NCBI GenBank assembly: GCA_964582385.1
Contig: CAZOSE010000004.1
Span: 1 to 28,002, forward strand
Source: an uncultured Lachnospiraceae bacterium
GTDB lineage: Bacteria > Bacillota > Clostridia > Lachnospirales > Lachnospiraceae
Length of the DNA: 28,002 bases
Reading direction: 5' to 3'
The position numbers and the translations under genes are program-made. Below, one piece after another: positions 1 through 8,835 of this stretch. Numbering within the stretch: position 1 is the stretch's first letter; each line of letters opens with the position of its first letter. The notes under the pieces are model-generated. The model was not told the DNA's origin. It saw only the letters and a list, made by a program, of their open reading frames with translations, and searched no databases.

Positions 1-246
1 AACTATATAATGTATTGGGGTTTACAATTAATAGTATAGCACCAGAGTCTTGAAAAGTGTTCACAAAGTTGACAAATTGTTGAAGTGATTTTTGTTTACT
101 TTTTTTAAGTTCTTTTATAATTAAATGTTTTTCATAAAATTTTCTACAATAAGGTTTATCTTTTTCCCTTTTTTATATATTCTCATTGTTTTTGACCCTT
201 ATATAGCCTTAATACCTTCAAGTAGTTTACATCATTTAATAAGCTA

Positions 247-2109
247 CTAATTCTCTTGACTCTTATCTTCTATGTTTATTTCTTTATTTGTCTCTTTTTC
301 ATCAAACAGTGCTTCAAACTGTTCTTGATTAATCTTTTCTTTTTCAACTAATAAATCAGCACAACTATGAAGTACATCAATATTATCATTAATTATCTCT
401 TTAGCACGATAATAACATTCATCAATTATCTTTTTAACTTCATTATCAATTGTTCCAGCAACACCTTCACTAAAGTTTCTTGTCTGGCCCCAGTCTCTAC
501 CAATAAACAATTCATCACCATTGTCATAATTTATCATTCCAATCGTATCTGAAAATCCATACTTGGTTACCATATCTCTAGCAATTTGAGTTGCTTGTTT
601 TATATCTTGGGATGCACCTGTTGTAATATCATCAAATACAAGTTCTTCTGCAATTCTTCCTCCTAGGGCTACGCTTATATATTGAAGCATTTTACCTTTT
701 GAATTAAACATTTCGTCTTTTTCAGGTAGAGGCATTGTATAACCAGCTGCCCCTCTTCCGGTAGGAATAATAGAAACTGTATACACCGGACCAACATCTG
801 GAAGCACATGAAATAATATTGCATGACCCGCCTCATGATATGCTGTGATTTTCTTTTCTTTATCAGAAATAACTTTACTTCTTTTTTCAGTACCTATTCC
901 AACCTTTATAAATGCATAATTAATATCATTATGAGTAATATATGCTCTACCATTTTTTGCGGCGTTAATTGCTGATTCATTAAGTAGGTTTTCAAGGTCT
1001 GCACCAGTAAATCCAGCTGTAGTTCTTGCAATTTCTTCAAGATTTACATCTTCTGCAAGAGGTTTGCCTTTTGAATGCACTTCTAATATTTCTTTTCTAC
1101 CCTTTACATCTGGACGTCCTACAACTACCTTACGGTCGAATCTTCCTGGACGTAAAATTGCAGGATCTAATATATCAACTCTATTTGTTGCTGCAAGAAC
1201 AATAATTCCTTCATTTACTCCAAAACCATCCATTTCAACTAATAGTTGATTTAGGGTTTGTTCTCTTTCATCATGGCCACCACCCATGCCACTACCTCTT
1301 CGCCTTGCTACTGCATCGATTTCATCAATGAATATAATACACGGTGCATGTTTTTTAGCTGTTTCAAACAAGTCTCTTACTCTAGATGCACCAACACCAA
1401 CAAACATTTCAACAAAATCAGAACCTGATATACTAAAGAAAGGAACCCCTGCTTCACCAGCAACTGCTTTTGCAATAAGGGTCTTTCCTGTACCTGGAGG
1501 CCCCTCTAGTAAAACACCTTTTGGAATTCTTGCCCCAACTTGCATATACTTATTAGGTGTACGTAGAAAATCTACGATTTCACTTAAGTCTTCTTTTTCT
1601 TCATCTAAACCAGCAACATCTTTAAAAGTTATCTTTTGATCTTTATCACTGGTCATCTTTGCTTTACTTTTACCAAAATTCATTACTTTGTTATTACTTC
1701 CACCGCCACCAGCTGCCCTATTAGTTAAATAAGAAATAAGTAAAAACATAAGCATAAAACTAACTAATGCAGGTAAAATATACATTAACCAACTAGTACC
1801 TGACACATCATGTATTGTAGGATTAATCTGGGCGTCTATTGCTATATCCTCAATTTCCCTAACATCTAAAACATTAAATACTTCCACCTTATCATCTGTA
1901 AAGGTAACCCTTACTTCACCAGTAGGTACTTCTTGATTTTGATAAATATTAATACCTTTTATTTCACCACTTTGAATATCTGTAAGGAATTTGGCCTTAT
2001 TGTAACTTTCTCCATCATTATTGTTAATGTTATTAGAAAATCTTGTAACAAAAAAAATAATAACAAGAAGCACAGCATAGAAACCAAACCCTCTAAATCT
2101 ATTTTTCAC
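247..2109 (-). CDS. ftsH: ATP-dependent zinc metalloprotease FtsH (620 aa, GTG start)
   Basis: Two N-terminal hydrophobic segments, Walker A GPPGTGKT, Walker [12 protein letters not shown] motif [18 protein letters not shown] and zinc motif HEAGH. SD AGGAGG lies upstream. Canonical tilS-hpt-ftsH order. Confidence 0.98.
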   Translation of the reverse strand: MKNRFRGFGFYAVLLVIIFFVTRFSNNINNNDGESYNKAKFLTDIQSGEIKGINIYQNQEVPTGEVRVTFTDDKVEVFNVLDVREIEDIAIDAQINPTIHDVSGTSWLMYILPALVSFMLMFLLISYLTNRAAGGGGSNNKVMNFGKSKAKMTSDKDQKITFKDVAGLDEEKEDLSEIVDFLRTPNKYMQVGARIPKGVLLEGPPGTGKTLIAKAVAGEAGVPFFSISGSDFVEMFVGVGASRVRDLFETAKKHAPCIIFIDEIDAVARRRGSGMGGGHDEREQTLNQLLVEMDGFGVNEGIIVLAATNRVDILDPAILRPGRFDRKVVVGRPDVKGRKEILEVHSKGKPLAEDVNLEEIARTTAGFTGADLENLLNESAINAAKNGRAYITHNDINYAFIKVGIGTEKRSKVISDKEKKITAYHEAGHAILFHVLPDVGPVYTVSIIPTGRGAAGYTMPLPEKDEMFNSKGKMLQYISVALGGRIAEELVFDDITTGASQDIKQATQIARDMVTKYGFSDTIGMINYDNGDELFIGRDWGQTRNFSEGVAGTIDNEVKKIIDECYYRAKEIINDNIDVLHSCADLLVEKEKINQEQFEALFDEKETNKEINIEDKSQEN

Positions 2110-2146
2110 AACTTTACCTCCTAAGTTTATATAAACAAACCCTTAT

Positions 2147-2677
2147 CTACTCAACAACTCCAATATATGGTAGGTTTCTAAATTTTTGTGCATAGTCAAG
2201 ACCATATCCAATAACAAACTCGTCAGGTATTTGGAAGCCAACATAATCTACATGAACATCTGTAACCCTTCTGTCTGGTTTGTCAAGTAAAGTACAAATT
2301 CTAATACTATTAGGTTTTCTAGTTTTGAGTAGTTCTAGCAGATTTGCTAATGTATTTCCTGAATCAATAATATCTTCCACAATTAAAACATCCTTACCCT
2401 CAACAGGATCATCAAGGTCTTTAATAATCTTTATTCTTCCTGAAGAAACTGTTCCATCACCATAACTTGATACAGACATAAAGTCTATAGAAAGAGGTTG
2501 CTTAATATTCTTTGCCAATTCACAAGCGATAAATGCTCCACCTTTTAATATACAAATCAAATGAAGATCCTTACCTTCATAATCTTTAGCGATTTCTTTA
2601 CCTAAATCCGCTATCCTTGCATTTATCTCTTCTTCAGAAATTAGTACCTTTATTCTATCTTCTGTTATCTTTTCCAT
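2147..2677 (-). CDS. hpt: Hypoxanthine phosphoribosyltransferase (176 aa)
   Basis: PRPP-binding motif VLIVEDIIDSGNTL, ICILKGG and FVIGYGLDYAQ. Start moved from 2692 to the ATG at 2677 because GGAGG (2686-2690) sits 8 nt upstream. Overlaps the tilS 3' end. Confidence 0.96.
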   Translation of the reverse strand: MEKITEDRIKVLISEEEINARIADLGKEIAKDYEGKDLHLICILKGGAFIACELAKNIKQPLSIDFMSVSSYGDGTVSSGRIKIIKDLDDPVEGKDVLIVEDIIDSGNTLANLLELLKTRKPNSIRICTLLDKPDRRVTDVHVDYVGFQIPDEFVIGYGLDYAQKFRNLPYIGVVE

Positions 2678-4139
2678 TATCATATCCTCCATAAATACTC
2701 ATCTCTAGTATTGTTTTTGTATTTTTAGTAACTTTATAAGCTTCGCTAATCCTCATTCCGATTACCCAAACTATGTGTGAACCATCTGCAATTAGGTGAA
2801 TACTATTCCTATTGTTCTTAGGAATCTTCTCATCTATGAATAAGGACTTTATCTTTTTTGTACCACCCTTACTATCAATCTGCAAAAAATCTCCCTCTTG
2901 TCTAGTCCTAAACAAAAGATTATTCTTTATCTTATCATAATCAAACCATTTCGTATAGCCTTCTTTTGGAATAGTCATATGGTCTTTGTAGGGGATAAGT
3001 TTTGTGTAAATATTGCCATTTATTTGAGGCAAAGATGTTGAAGATGATATTTTAATACTTATAGATTTAAAATCATCTTTATTTTGATAAGCTTCCCTAC
3101 TACTTATTTTATTTACTTGCATGTTTACCTTTTTATTAACCTTGCTAAATACAATATCATTATAGCCTTTTATAACAGTAATTTCATATGGGAGATGAAT
3201 TTCTTTTCCTACTTGTTTGGAAGCTAGTTCAAGAATTGATTGAATATGTGATGAATCTATATCCTTTAATTTGCTAGATAAACTTTTGATAATTTTTCTT
3301 AATAATTCCTTTTGAATTACTATATCTAGTTTGTTAAATTCATCTATACTTATACAGATTTCTTTATTTTCATTTTCCTTGGGAAGATTCAACATAAAGT
3401 CTTCTCTTACAATATCTTCATAAGCTTTATTAACATTTCCTAAAATATAATTATCTATTTCACTAAGCATATTCGCTGACTTTGTAATATGTTCTATAAG
3501 ACCTGCATTAATTTCTTCTTTAGCATAAGTTAAGATATTATTCCTAATTTTATTACGGCTATAGTCATCAGTAAGATTACTACTATCAATTATATAAGGG
3601 ATTTTACGCTCCTCCAAATAACTTTCTATCTCACTTCTTTCTAAACATAAAATTGGTCTAATTACCTCATTCCTTACTGGTGGTATTCCAGATAAACCTT
3701 TAATACCACTCCCTCGAAATAAATTAAACAAAAATGTCTCAGCATTATCATTCTTATTATGTGCTACTGCTATCTTATCTAAGTCCATTTCATTATAGAA
3801 CTTATAAAATGCCTCATATCTAACATTTCTTCCCGCTTCCTCTTCGCTAAGCCCCTGTTCCTTAGCTATAGCCGGTACATCTTTATTTACACAAAAAAAG
3901 GAAGCATTATGTTTCTTACAAAGTTCTTCCACAAAAGCTTCATCAGAATCAGCTTGTACCCCTCTAATACCATGATTAACATGAACCACATACAAAGTAA
4001 GGTCATACTCACCGGACAAGTCCAAAAGGACATGAAAAAGGCAGATAGAATCGGCGCCCCCTGAAACTCCAACGACAACCCTATCTCCCATAGACAACAT
4101 ATTATACTGTTCAATATAAGTTCGAACCTTATTAACCAT
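2655..4139 (-). CDS. tilS: tRNA(Ile)-lysidine synthetase TilS (494 aa)
   Basis: PP-loop VGVSGGADS, VHVNHGIRG, AHNKNDNAET, RN-x-IR motifs and a C-terminal TilS_C-like region (FRTRQEGD...KKIKSLFIDEKIP). SD AGGAG upstream. Confidence 0.97.
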   Translation of the reverse strand: MVNKVRTYIEQYNMLSMGDRVVVGVSGGADSICLFHVLLDLSGEYDLTLYVVHVNHGIRGVQADSDEAFVEELCKKHNASFFCVNKDVPAIAKEQGLSEEEAGRNVRYEAFYKFYNEMDLDKIAVAHNKNDNAETFLFNLFRGSGIKGLSGIPPVRNEVIRPILCLERSEIESYLEERKIPYIIDSSNLTDDYSRNKIRNNILTYAKEEINAGLIEHITKSANMLSEIDNYILGNVNKAYEDIVREDFMLNLPKENENKEICISIDEFNKLDIVIQKELLRKIIKSLSSKLKDIDSSHIQSILELASKQVGKEIHLPYEITVIKGYNDIVFSKVNKKVNMQVNKISSREAYQNKDDFKSISIKISSSTSLPQINGNIYTKLIPYKDHMTIPKEGYTKWFDYDKIKNNLLFRTRQEGDFLQIDSKGGTKKIKSLFIDEKIPKNNRNSIHLIADGSHIVWVIGMRISEAYKVTKNTKTILEMSIYGGYDNGKDNRR

Positions 4140-4169
4140 TATCTACTCCTAGCCACTTAACTTTCCTAC

Positions 4170-4198
4170 ATTTTAACCTTATACCAAACAAATTTCAA
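4170..4198 (-). promoter_or_regulatory. Putative sigma-A promoter of tilS-hpt-ftsH
   Basis: Minus strand TTGAAA-17 nt-TAAAAT, ending 30 nt upstream of the tilS ATG. Confidence 0.65.
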
Positions 4199-4345
4199 GT
4201 AGGATATCCACACAAAATCGCTTAATCTCCCCTTCATCCCCAAAATCCCCTAACACCTCACAAAACTCCCAATAAACCCAAGCCCTTCCTCCATGCCCAT
4301 CCCTAACCCAAAGCAATTCAAGTCACCCCTCGTTACCTCCCCCTA

Positions 4346-4439
4346 AAATCCTGTCCATGGTATGTAGTTTTAAAATGCTTACTGAACGCCGCCCTTCGGC
4401 TTCAGCACATTTAAAAACCACATACCATGGACAAGATTT
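4346..4439. repeat. 94-nt imperfect inverted repeat downstream of spoIIE
   Basis: Left arm AAATCCTGTCCATGGTATGTAGTTTTAAAATGCTTACTGAA pairs with right arm TTCAGCACATTTAAAAACCACATACCATGGACAAGATTT, with an inner GCCG-CCCTT-CGGC hairpin. Confidence 0.9.
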
Positions 4440-4467
4440 CAGCGAGCCAACAAATAAACTTGAATTT

Positions 4468-6840
4468 CTAGACCTTCTTCCAGAAGCCCCCAACAATTAC
4501 AGTCATGTCATCCTTTGGAGTCCAATTGTTAAGCTCTAGGGAATAATTTAATACAGCATTAGCCACTTCTTTTGGATTATTCATATGTATTGTCTTAATA
4601 AACTCAGCTATAGTTTTTTCTTTCTCATCATAAGGGATGCTATCAATCACACCATCTGTGACCATAATTATAAAATCCCCATCTATAAGTTTTTCAGAAT
4701 AAACTTCATAATCCATTTGATTAATCATTCCAATCGGCAGTGCACTAGATTGTATAATTTCAACATTTTCTCCACTTTTTATAAAAGTTGTTGATGCACC
4801 CAACTTAACAAAATCACACATACCTGTATATAAATTGATTACACTCATATCTATCGTTGAATAAGTTTGATTCTCTGATGATCTAATTAGCATAACTGAA
4901 TTAATAAGTTTTATGGCAGATTCTTTACTAAAGCCAACCTCAATGAATTGTTCTAGTAAATTGATAACTGCCTCGCTTTCCTTAAAAGCACTCTCTCCAG
5001 TACCCATTCCGTCTGACAATGTCATCACAGCCATTCCTGAATCAGGATTAATAAAAGAATAATTATCTCCTGAAACTAAAGACCCATCTTTTTTCATTTT
5101 GGATACACCTGTTAATATATAATAATTTGAGTCTTCCTCAAAGATATAGATATCTGATGATTTTGTTATCACTGTTTTACACTTTTTTGATGGTATCATA
5201 TTCTTGTTTACAATATCACTAATAATTTGAGAGACCTCTTTAGTTATAGCACAGTGACCTCCTCTTGTATGAGCATAAAGAATCACTTCTTTTCTATGAT
5301 TACACTTTTCAAATATTGTTATATTGTCAACATAGATATATTTAGCCCTAAGCCCATTAATTATGTCCTTTTCAGCCTCTTTTGTGGATGGGGTAGACTT
5401 GTATATGGTGTCCGAAAAATCATCCATAATAAAGCCAATTTGGGAGAATTGTTCGGATATAGCCTCTCTACTTTCTAGTAATTTATTATTACATGATATA
5501 TTTAGTTTTGCCAAGTCAAACTTCCTTACTGTTTCTACCATAAGCCTTTCTAACTTAATACAATTCTTCTGGAATTCTATAGGAACTCGCTTTGTTACAA
5601 TCCTACCTTCAGTTTCAACAACTTCCATAATACGGTTAATTCCTTCATAAGTATCATAAAAGTTTTCATCCCAACAATAACGAAGGTTGGTACATTCCTT
5701 ACATAATTCTTCAGATAACTCATTAAAAATACTTTCTTTATCAAAACTATCCAGATTAATCTTCTTAGTAGATACTCCACTAAAAATCCCTGCTAAATTA
5801 TAAAATGACTCAGAAAATCCTTTCAGCTTATCTTTAGTTAAAACTTGTATATTGTGGTTGAAAAAGGAGTCTTCACAAATAATATCCCTATTATACACTC
5901 TATAAACTATAGATTCCGGTAAGACTAGAAACAAGGCAGACCCAGATATTAGAGGTAGAACCCCTTCTCTAAAAATACTTTTAAATAAAACACTTTGGGA
6001 ACTTACTCCTACAGGAATTGTACTATCTTGCATCATCCAAACATCTATACTTGCTCCTTCAAAGAAAGCAAATATAGCTGTAGCCCCAATTAAAAACAAA
6101 AGTGCCACAGTTAATCTACCTAGTTCTCTAAAAGTTCCTGCCAAAATACCTAGTATACAAAAGAAACCTATCATACTATAACTGCCACTCAAGACACTCA
6201 TAGTAATTCCACAAGTTACTCCAATTATCGAACCATATCCCGCCCCATATTTATAGCCAACAAACAAAAGTAGAAAAAGGCATACAAAAGCTTGAATAAC
6301 ATAACTTGTTTCAGATATTTTTGGCAATCCATAAATCCATATTGCTAGCATTATAGATACACTTATAATTTCTTCATTATTCAAAGATTGGCTTATCCTT
6401 TTAGTAAGAATACCTTGGATCCCTTTACTAAATACAGTGGCAAATGCAATTACAGAGACTCCCTCAGCTAAAGCAAGTATTACAGCTTGTCCCATATTCG
6501 GTGAAAACAAATTGCTAGCCATGCTAATAGAAGCTGTAACAAGGGACGCCATAAGTCCAAGGTAAAATGTCGTAAGACTAAGGTTCTTTCTTTCCATTAA
6601 ACTTACTAAAACTAAAACGGTAACCATAATAGTTAAATACTTTAACACCGCAATCGCTGGTAGAGCGGTAACAAGTCCAAACAAAATACATATTACAGTA
6701 AATAGCCTATTCTTATCTCCCAAATACATTACAACAAAAAAACCAATAACAAAAGGACTTATGTTACCTATAATAGCCCTAGCAATAAAAACCCCCATAA
6801 TTTGAAGAAATACACTTTTGTAATTCCAATTCCTAATCAT
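4468..6840 (-). CDS. spoIIE: Stage II sporulation protein E, membrane PP2C phosphatase (790 aa)
   Basis: Multi-TM N-terminal ~310 aa, central Cys cluster (CKECTNLRYCW) and C-terminal PP2C motifs SGDNY, LSDGMGTG, MVTDGV, DDMTV. Conserved position between divIC/tRNA and tilS. Confidence 0.95.
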   Translation of the reverse strand: MIRNWNYKSVFLQIMGVFIARAIIGNISPFVIGFFVVMYLGDKNRLFTVICILFGLVTALPAIAVLKYLTIMVTVLVLVSLMERKNLSLTTFYLGLMASLVTASISMASNLFSPNMGQAVILALAEGVSVIAFATVFSKGIQGILTKRISQSLNNEEIISVSIMLAIWIYGLPKISETSYVIQAFVCLFLLLFVGYKYGAGYGSIIGVTCGITMSVLSGSYSMIGFFCILGILAGTFRELGRLTVALLFLIGATAIFAFFEGASIDVWMMQDSTIPVGVSSQSVLFKSIFREGVLPLISGSALFLVLPESIVYRVYNRDIICEDSFFNHNIQVLTKDKLKGFSESFYNLAGIFSGVSTKKINLDSFDKESIFNELSEELCKECTNLRYCWDENFYDTYEGINRIMEVVETEGRIVTKRVPIEFQKNCIKLERLMVETVRKFDLAKLNISCNNKLLESREAISEQFSQIGFIMDDFSDTIYKSTPSTKEAEKDIINGLRAKYIYVDNITIFEKCNHRKEVILYAHTRGGHCAITKEVSQIISDIVNKNMIPSKKCKTVITKSSDIYIFEEDSNYYILTGVSKMKKDGSLVSGDNYSFINPDSGMAVMTLSDGMGTGESAFKESEAVINLLEQFIEVGFSKESAIKLINSVMLIRSSENQTYSTIDMSVINLYTGMCDFVKLGASTTFIKSGENVEIIQSSALPIGMINQMDYEVYSEKLIDGDFIIMVTDGVIDSIPYDEKEKTIAEFIKTIHMNNPKEVANAVLNYSLELNNWTPKDDMTVIVGGFWKKV

Positions 6841-6894
6841 TTTAGTTTAAACCCTCCCTAGTAGTCCTTATAAAGTAAAAACATCGTATTAAGC

Positions 6895-6928
6895 ATTATA
6901 AAACCACTAGGCTAAAATGTTTGTCAAA
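6895..6928 (-). promoter_or_regulatory. spoIIE promoter with 21-nt spacer and overlapping Spo0A-box-like site
   Basis: Minus strand TTGACA (6927-6922)-21 nt-TATAAT (6900-6895). Plus strand TGTCAAA (6922-6928) is one mismatch from the 0A box TGNCGAA. Confidence 0.7.
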
Positions 6929-7035
6929 AAACCATCCCTATTCCCAAAAACTTTTAGACAAGAATTTCAAATTCTCCCACAAATTATCGATTAGAGAGAC
7001 TTAATCAACTTTAAGAACTTCTACCTTAAGAACCT

Positions 7036-7066
7036 AAAAAAGTGGCCAGGCAAAAGCCTGACCACT
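7036..7066 (-). terminator. Intrinsic terminator after tRNA-Met
   Basis: Minus strand AGTGGTCAGGC-TTTT-GCCTGGCCACT (11-bp stem, one G-U pair) followed by TTTTT. Confidence 0.85.
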
Positions 7067-7094
7067 AGGATAAAGTAAAAAAGGGCATAAAAAA

Positions 7095-7168
7095 TAGCGA
7101 AGGACGGACTTGAACCGCCGACACCGCGGGTATGAACCGCGTGCTCTTGCCAACTGAGCTACTTCGCC
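7095..7168 (-). tRNA. tRNA-Met (anticodon CAT, elongator type; CCA not encoded)
   Basis: GGCGAAGTAGCTCAGTTGGCAAGAGCACGCGG-TTCATAC-CCGCGGTGTCGGCGGTTCAAGTCCGTCCTTCGCTA folds into a cloverleaf with paired 1-72, a D-arm AGCTCAG and a GTTCAAG T-loop. Confidence 0.95.
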
Positions 7169-7188
7169 AAAACCAAAACACAAATATA

Positions 7189-7217
7189 ATTATATCTAAC
7201 TTTTTTGAACTTGTCAA
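7189..7217 (-). promoter_or_regulatory. Consensus sigma-A promoter of the tRNA gene
   Basis: Perfect TTGACA-17 nt-TATAAT, ending 20 nt upstream of the mature tRNA 5' end. Confidence 0.85.
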
Positions 7218-7268
7218 CACAAATTTAAACTTTGTTAATAATTTCAACTTATATATAGATTAAAATGA

Positions 7269-7565
7269 TTATTCTTCATTAGCTTTAAACATGTATTCAT
7301 CTTCATACACAAGGCCAAACTTGTTTCTTGCAACATCTTCAACAAATTTTCTAGTTTGCATATAGGCCTCTTGCTCTTCTAGTGTCTTTGCTTCTTCTTG
7401 TTCTTCTTCTATTGCTTTTTCTAACTCTTCCATACGTGCATAGGCGGTAATTTGTTCTTGGTTTAGACTTTGTTTTTTTAGCAAAAACATACCACATATA
7501 GATAAAACAATAAAAGTAATAAGTCCTAATCCCCTACCCTTATTTTTTCTTTTTCTTCTCCTCAT
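7269..7565 (-). CDS. divIC: Septum formation initiator, DivIC/FtsB family (98 aa)
   Basis: Basic N-terminus, one TM segment, coiled coil, and FVEDVARNKFGLV..DEY motif. Follows yabQ; SD GAGGTG. Confidence 0.85.
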   Translation of the reverse strand: MRRRKRKNKGRGLGLITFIVLSICGMFLLKKQSLNQEQITAYARMEELEKAIEEEQEEAKTLEEQEAYMQTRKFVEDVARNKFGLVYEDEYMFKANEE

Positions 7566-8082
7566 TTAACAAATCACCTCTTTCAACTTCATTTAGTGAT
7601 ATTTTACTTGATTTGAAGGGATTTTTCAATGACTTCTTTATAAAATATAATCTTTTTTTTGTTTTTACTAGTATTTTTCTGACTTTTTCTCCAATTGTCG
7701 TATAAAACAGGTCTTTTAACCATATTAATGGCCTTAAAAAAAGAAACAAGCCTCTTAATAATAATGCTAATATCTTTTTTAATAGCAAGCTCATGTTAAT
7801 AACTATAAATTCACTAAATATTGACTGATATACTAGCATTCCAATAAACATCCCTAATATAGAAAAGGCTCTAATAATCCCATCGTTGTGCTTGTACATC
7901 ATTTGAAAAATTAAAATGCCACATAAGATCCAGTATAATATATCTTCCACAGCTAGCCAGAACCTATTATTCTTAATTACATTTCTTATTATCCTAAGTA
8001 AATCGTATATTACTAAGATTAGCCCTCCCCATAATATTGAGATCAGAAAAAATCGTAACTCCATAACAATTACTTCATTCAT
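7540..8082 (-). CDS. yabQ: Spore cortex biosynthesis protein YabQ (180 aa)
   Basis: Multi-TM protein with YDLLRIIR, EDILYW and GIIRAF motifs and a basic C-terminus. Lies between yabP and divIC. Confidence 0.9.
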   Translation of the reverse strand: MNEVIVMELRFFLISILWGGLILVIYDLLRIIRNVIKNNRFWLAVEDILYWILCGILIFQMMYKHNDGIIRAFSILGMFIGMLVYQSIFSEFIVINMSLLLKKILALLLRGLFLFLRPLIWLKDLFYTTIGEKVRKILVKTKKRLYFIKKSLKNPFKSSKISLNEVERGDLLNEEKKKKK

Positions 8083-8097
8083 ACTCTATCTCCCGAT

Positions 8098-8394
8098 TTA
8101 TTTAAAAAGTCTACCCATAAAAGATTCTGCAGATTTACCGTAACCTGTTGTATCTGAGTAAGTTAAGCTATCAATTCTACCATCAATATCAACTTCTCCC
8201 TTTTCTAAAGTAAGTCTGTTTACATGGAGTTCTAGCCCTCTAATCATTAGAATTCCTTGCTCTGTTTCTAATAGGATTTCACCTGCATCAAAGGATAGTA
8301 CATCATTTACTCCTGTAATATTGGTTTGATTCCTTGAAATCACTTGAACTTTATGTATTCCAATAGGTTTTTTTGCAATCATTCTCTCATCCAT
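8098..8394 (-). CDS. yabP: Sporulation protein YabP (98 aa)
   Basis: ITGVNDVLSFD..EILLET..G.L.IRG..LHV..L.LEKGEVDIDGRIDSLTY..LFK, matching the YabP/YqfC family. Confidence 0.93.
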   Translation of the reverse strand: MDERMIAKKPIGIHKVQVISRNQTNITGVNDVLSFDAGEILLETEQGILMIRGLELHVNRLTLEKGEVDIDGRIDSLTYSDTTGYGKSAESFMGRLFK

Positions 8395-8397
8395 AAA

Positions 8398-8465
8398 AAT
8401 CCCCCTAATATGTATTTAGATAATAGTAAAAACTACACTATTTATCTATATATATTAGGGGGATT
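8398..8465. promoter_or_regulatory. Long hairpin covering the yabP Shine-Dalgarno sequence
   Basis: Perfect 14-bp inverted repeat AATCCCCCTAATAT (8398-8411) / ATATTAGGGGGATT (8452-8465), with an inner stem TAGATAA/TTATCTA. Confidence 0.75.
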
Positions 8466-8497
8466 ACCTTTTCATACCTAAATAAGTTAAAAACCTA

Positions 8498-8737
8498 TTA
8501 AAGATATTTAAACAATTCTTTTGATTCATCTTTCTTTGTTGTGTCTTTTATGTCTATAACCTGTACTTGGACAGATTTGTTTCCAAAGTTAATTTCAATA
8601 ATGTCATCAATATTTACATCTGTAGACGCTCTTGCTACTTTATCATTTATTAGAACCCTACCACTATCACAGGCTTCTTTTGCTACTGTACGTCTTTTTA
8701 TTAATCTAGAAACCTTTAAATATTTATCTAACCTCAT
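8498..8737 (-). CDS. yabO: S4-domain RNA-binding protein, YabO/Hsp15/RqcP family (79 aa)
   Basis: MRLDKYLKVSRLIKRRTVAKEACDSGRVLIN is the family signature. Conserved position upstream of yabP. Confidence 0.93.
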   Translation of the reverse strand: MRLDKYLKVSRLIKRRTVAKEACDSGRVLINDKVARASTDVNIDDIIEINFGNKSVQVQVIDIKDTTKKDESKELFKYL

Positions 8738-8751
8738 ATTGTAACCTTTCT

Positions 8752-8815
8752 AAAAAAGCTGCTATAAAATGGGGTTCACCGAAACTTGTCGGCTTCATTC
8801 ATTTTATAACAGCTT
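8752..8815 (-). terminator. Hairpin/terminator between hup and yabO
   Basis: 16-bp arms AAGCTGCTATAAAATG (8756-8771) / CATTTTATAACAGCTT (8800-8815) with one mismatch (G-U on the minus-strand RNA), followed by a T tract on the minus strand. Confidence 0.7.
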
Positions 8816-8835
8816 AAATAAATACTACTCAATTA

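Noticed and set aside
49-66. Possible Rex operator (CTTGAAAAGTGTTCACAA) downstream of ftsH
   Set aside because: Only one half-site matches TTGTGAA-N4-TTCACAA, and the downstream gene lies outside the window.
7095-7168. CAT-anticodon tRNA near tilS read as tRNA-Ile2, the TilS substrate
   Set aside because: The acceptor stem GGCGAAG lacks the C4/C5 pattern of Ile2, and the loop TTCATAC matches the Firmicute elongator tRNA-Met. A tRNA-Met upstream of spoIIE is also the known B. subtilis arrangement.
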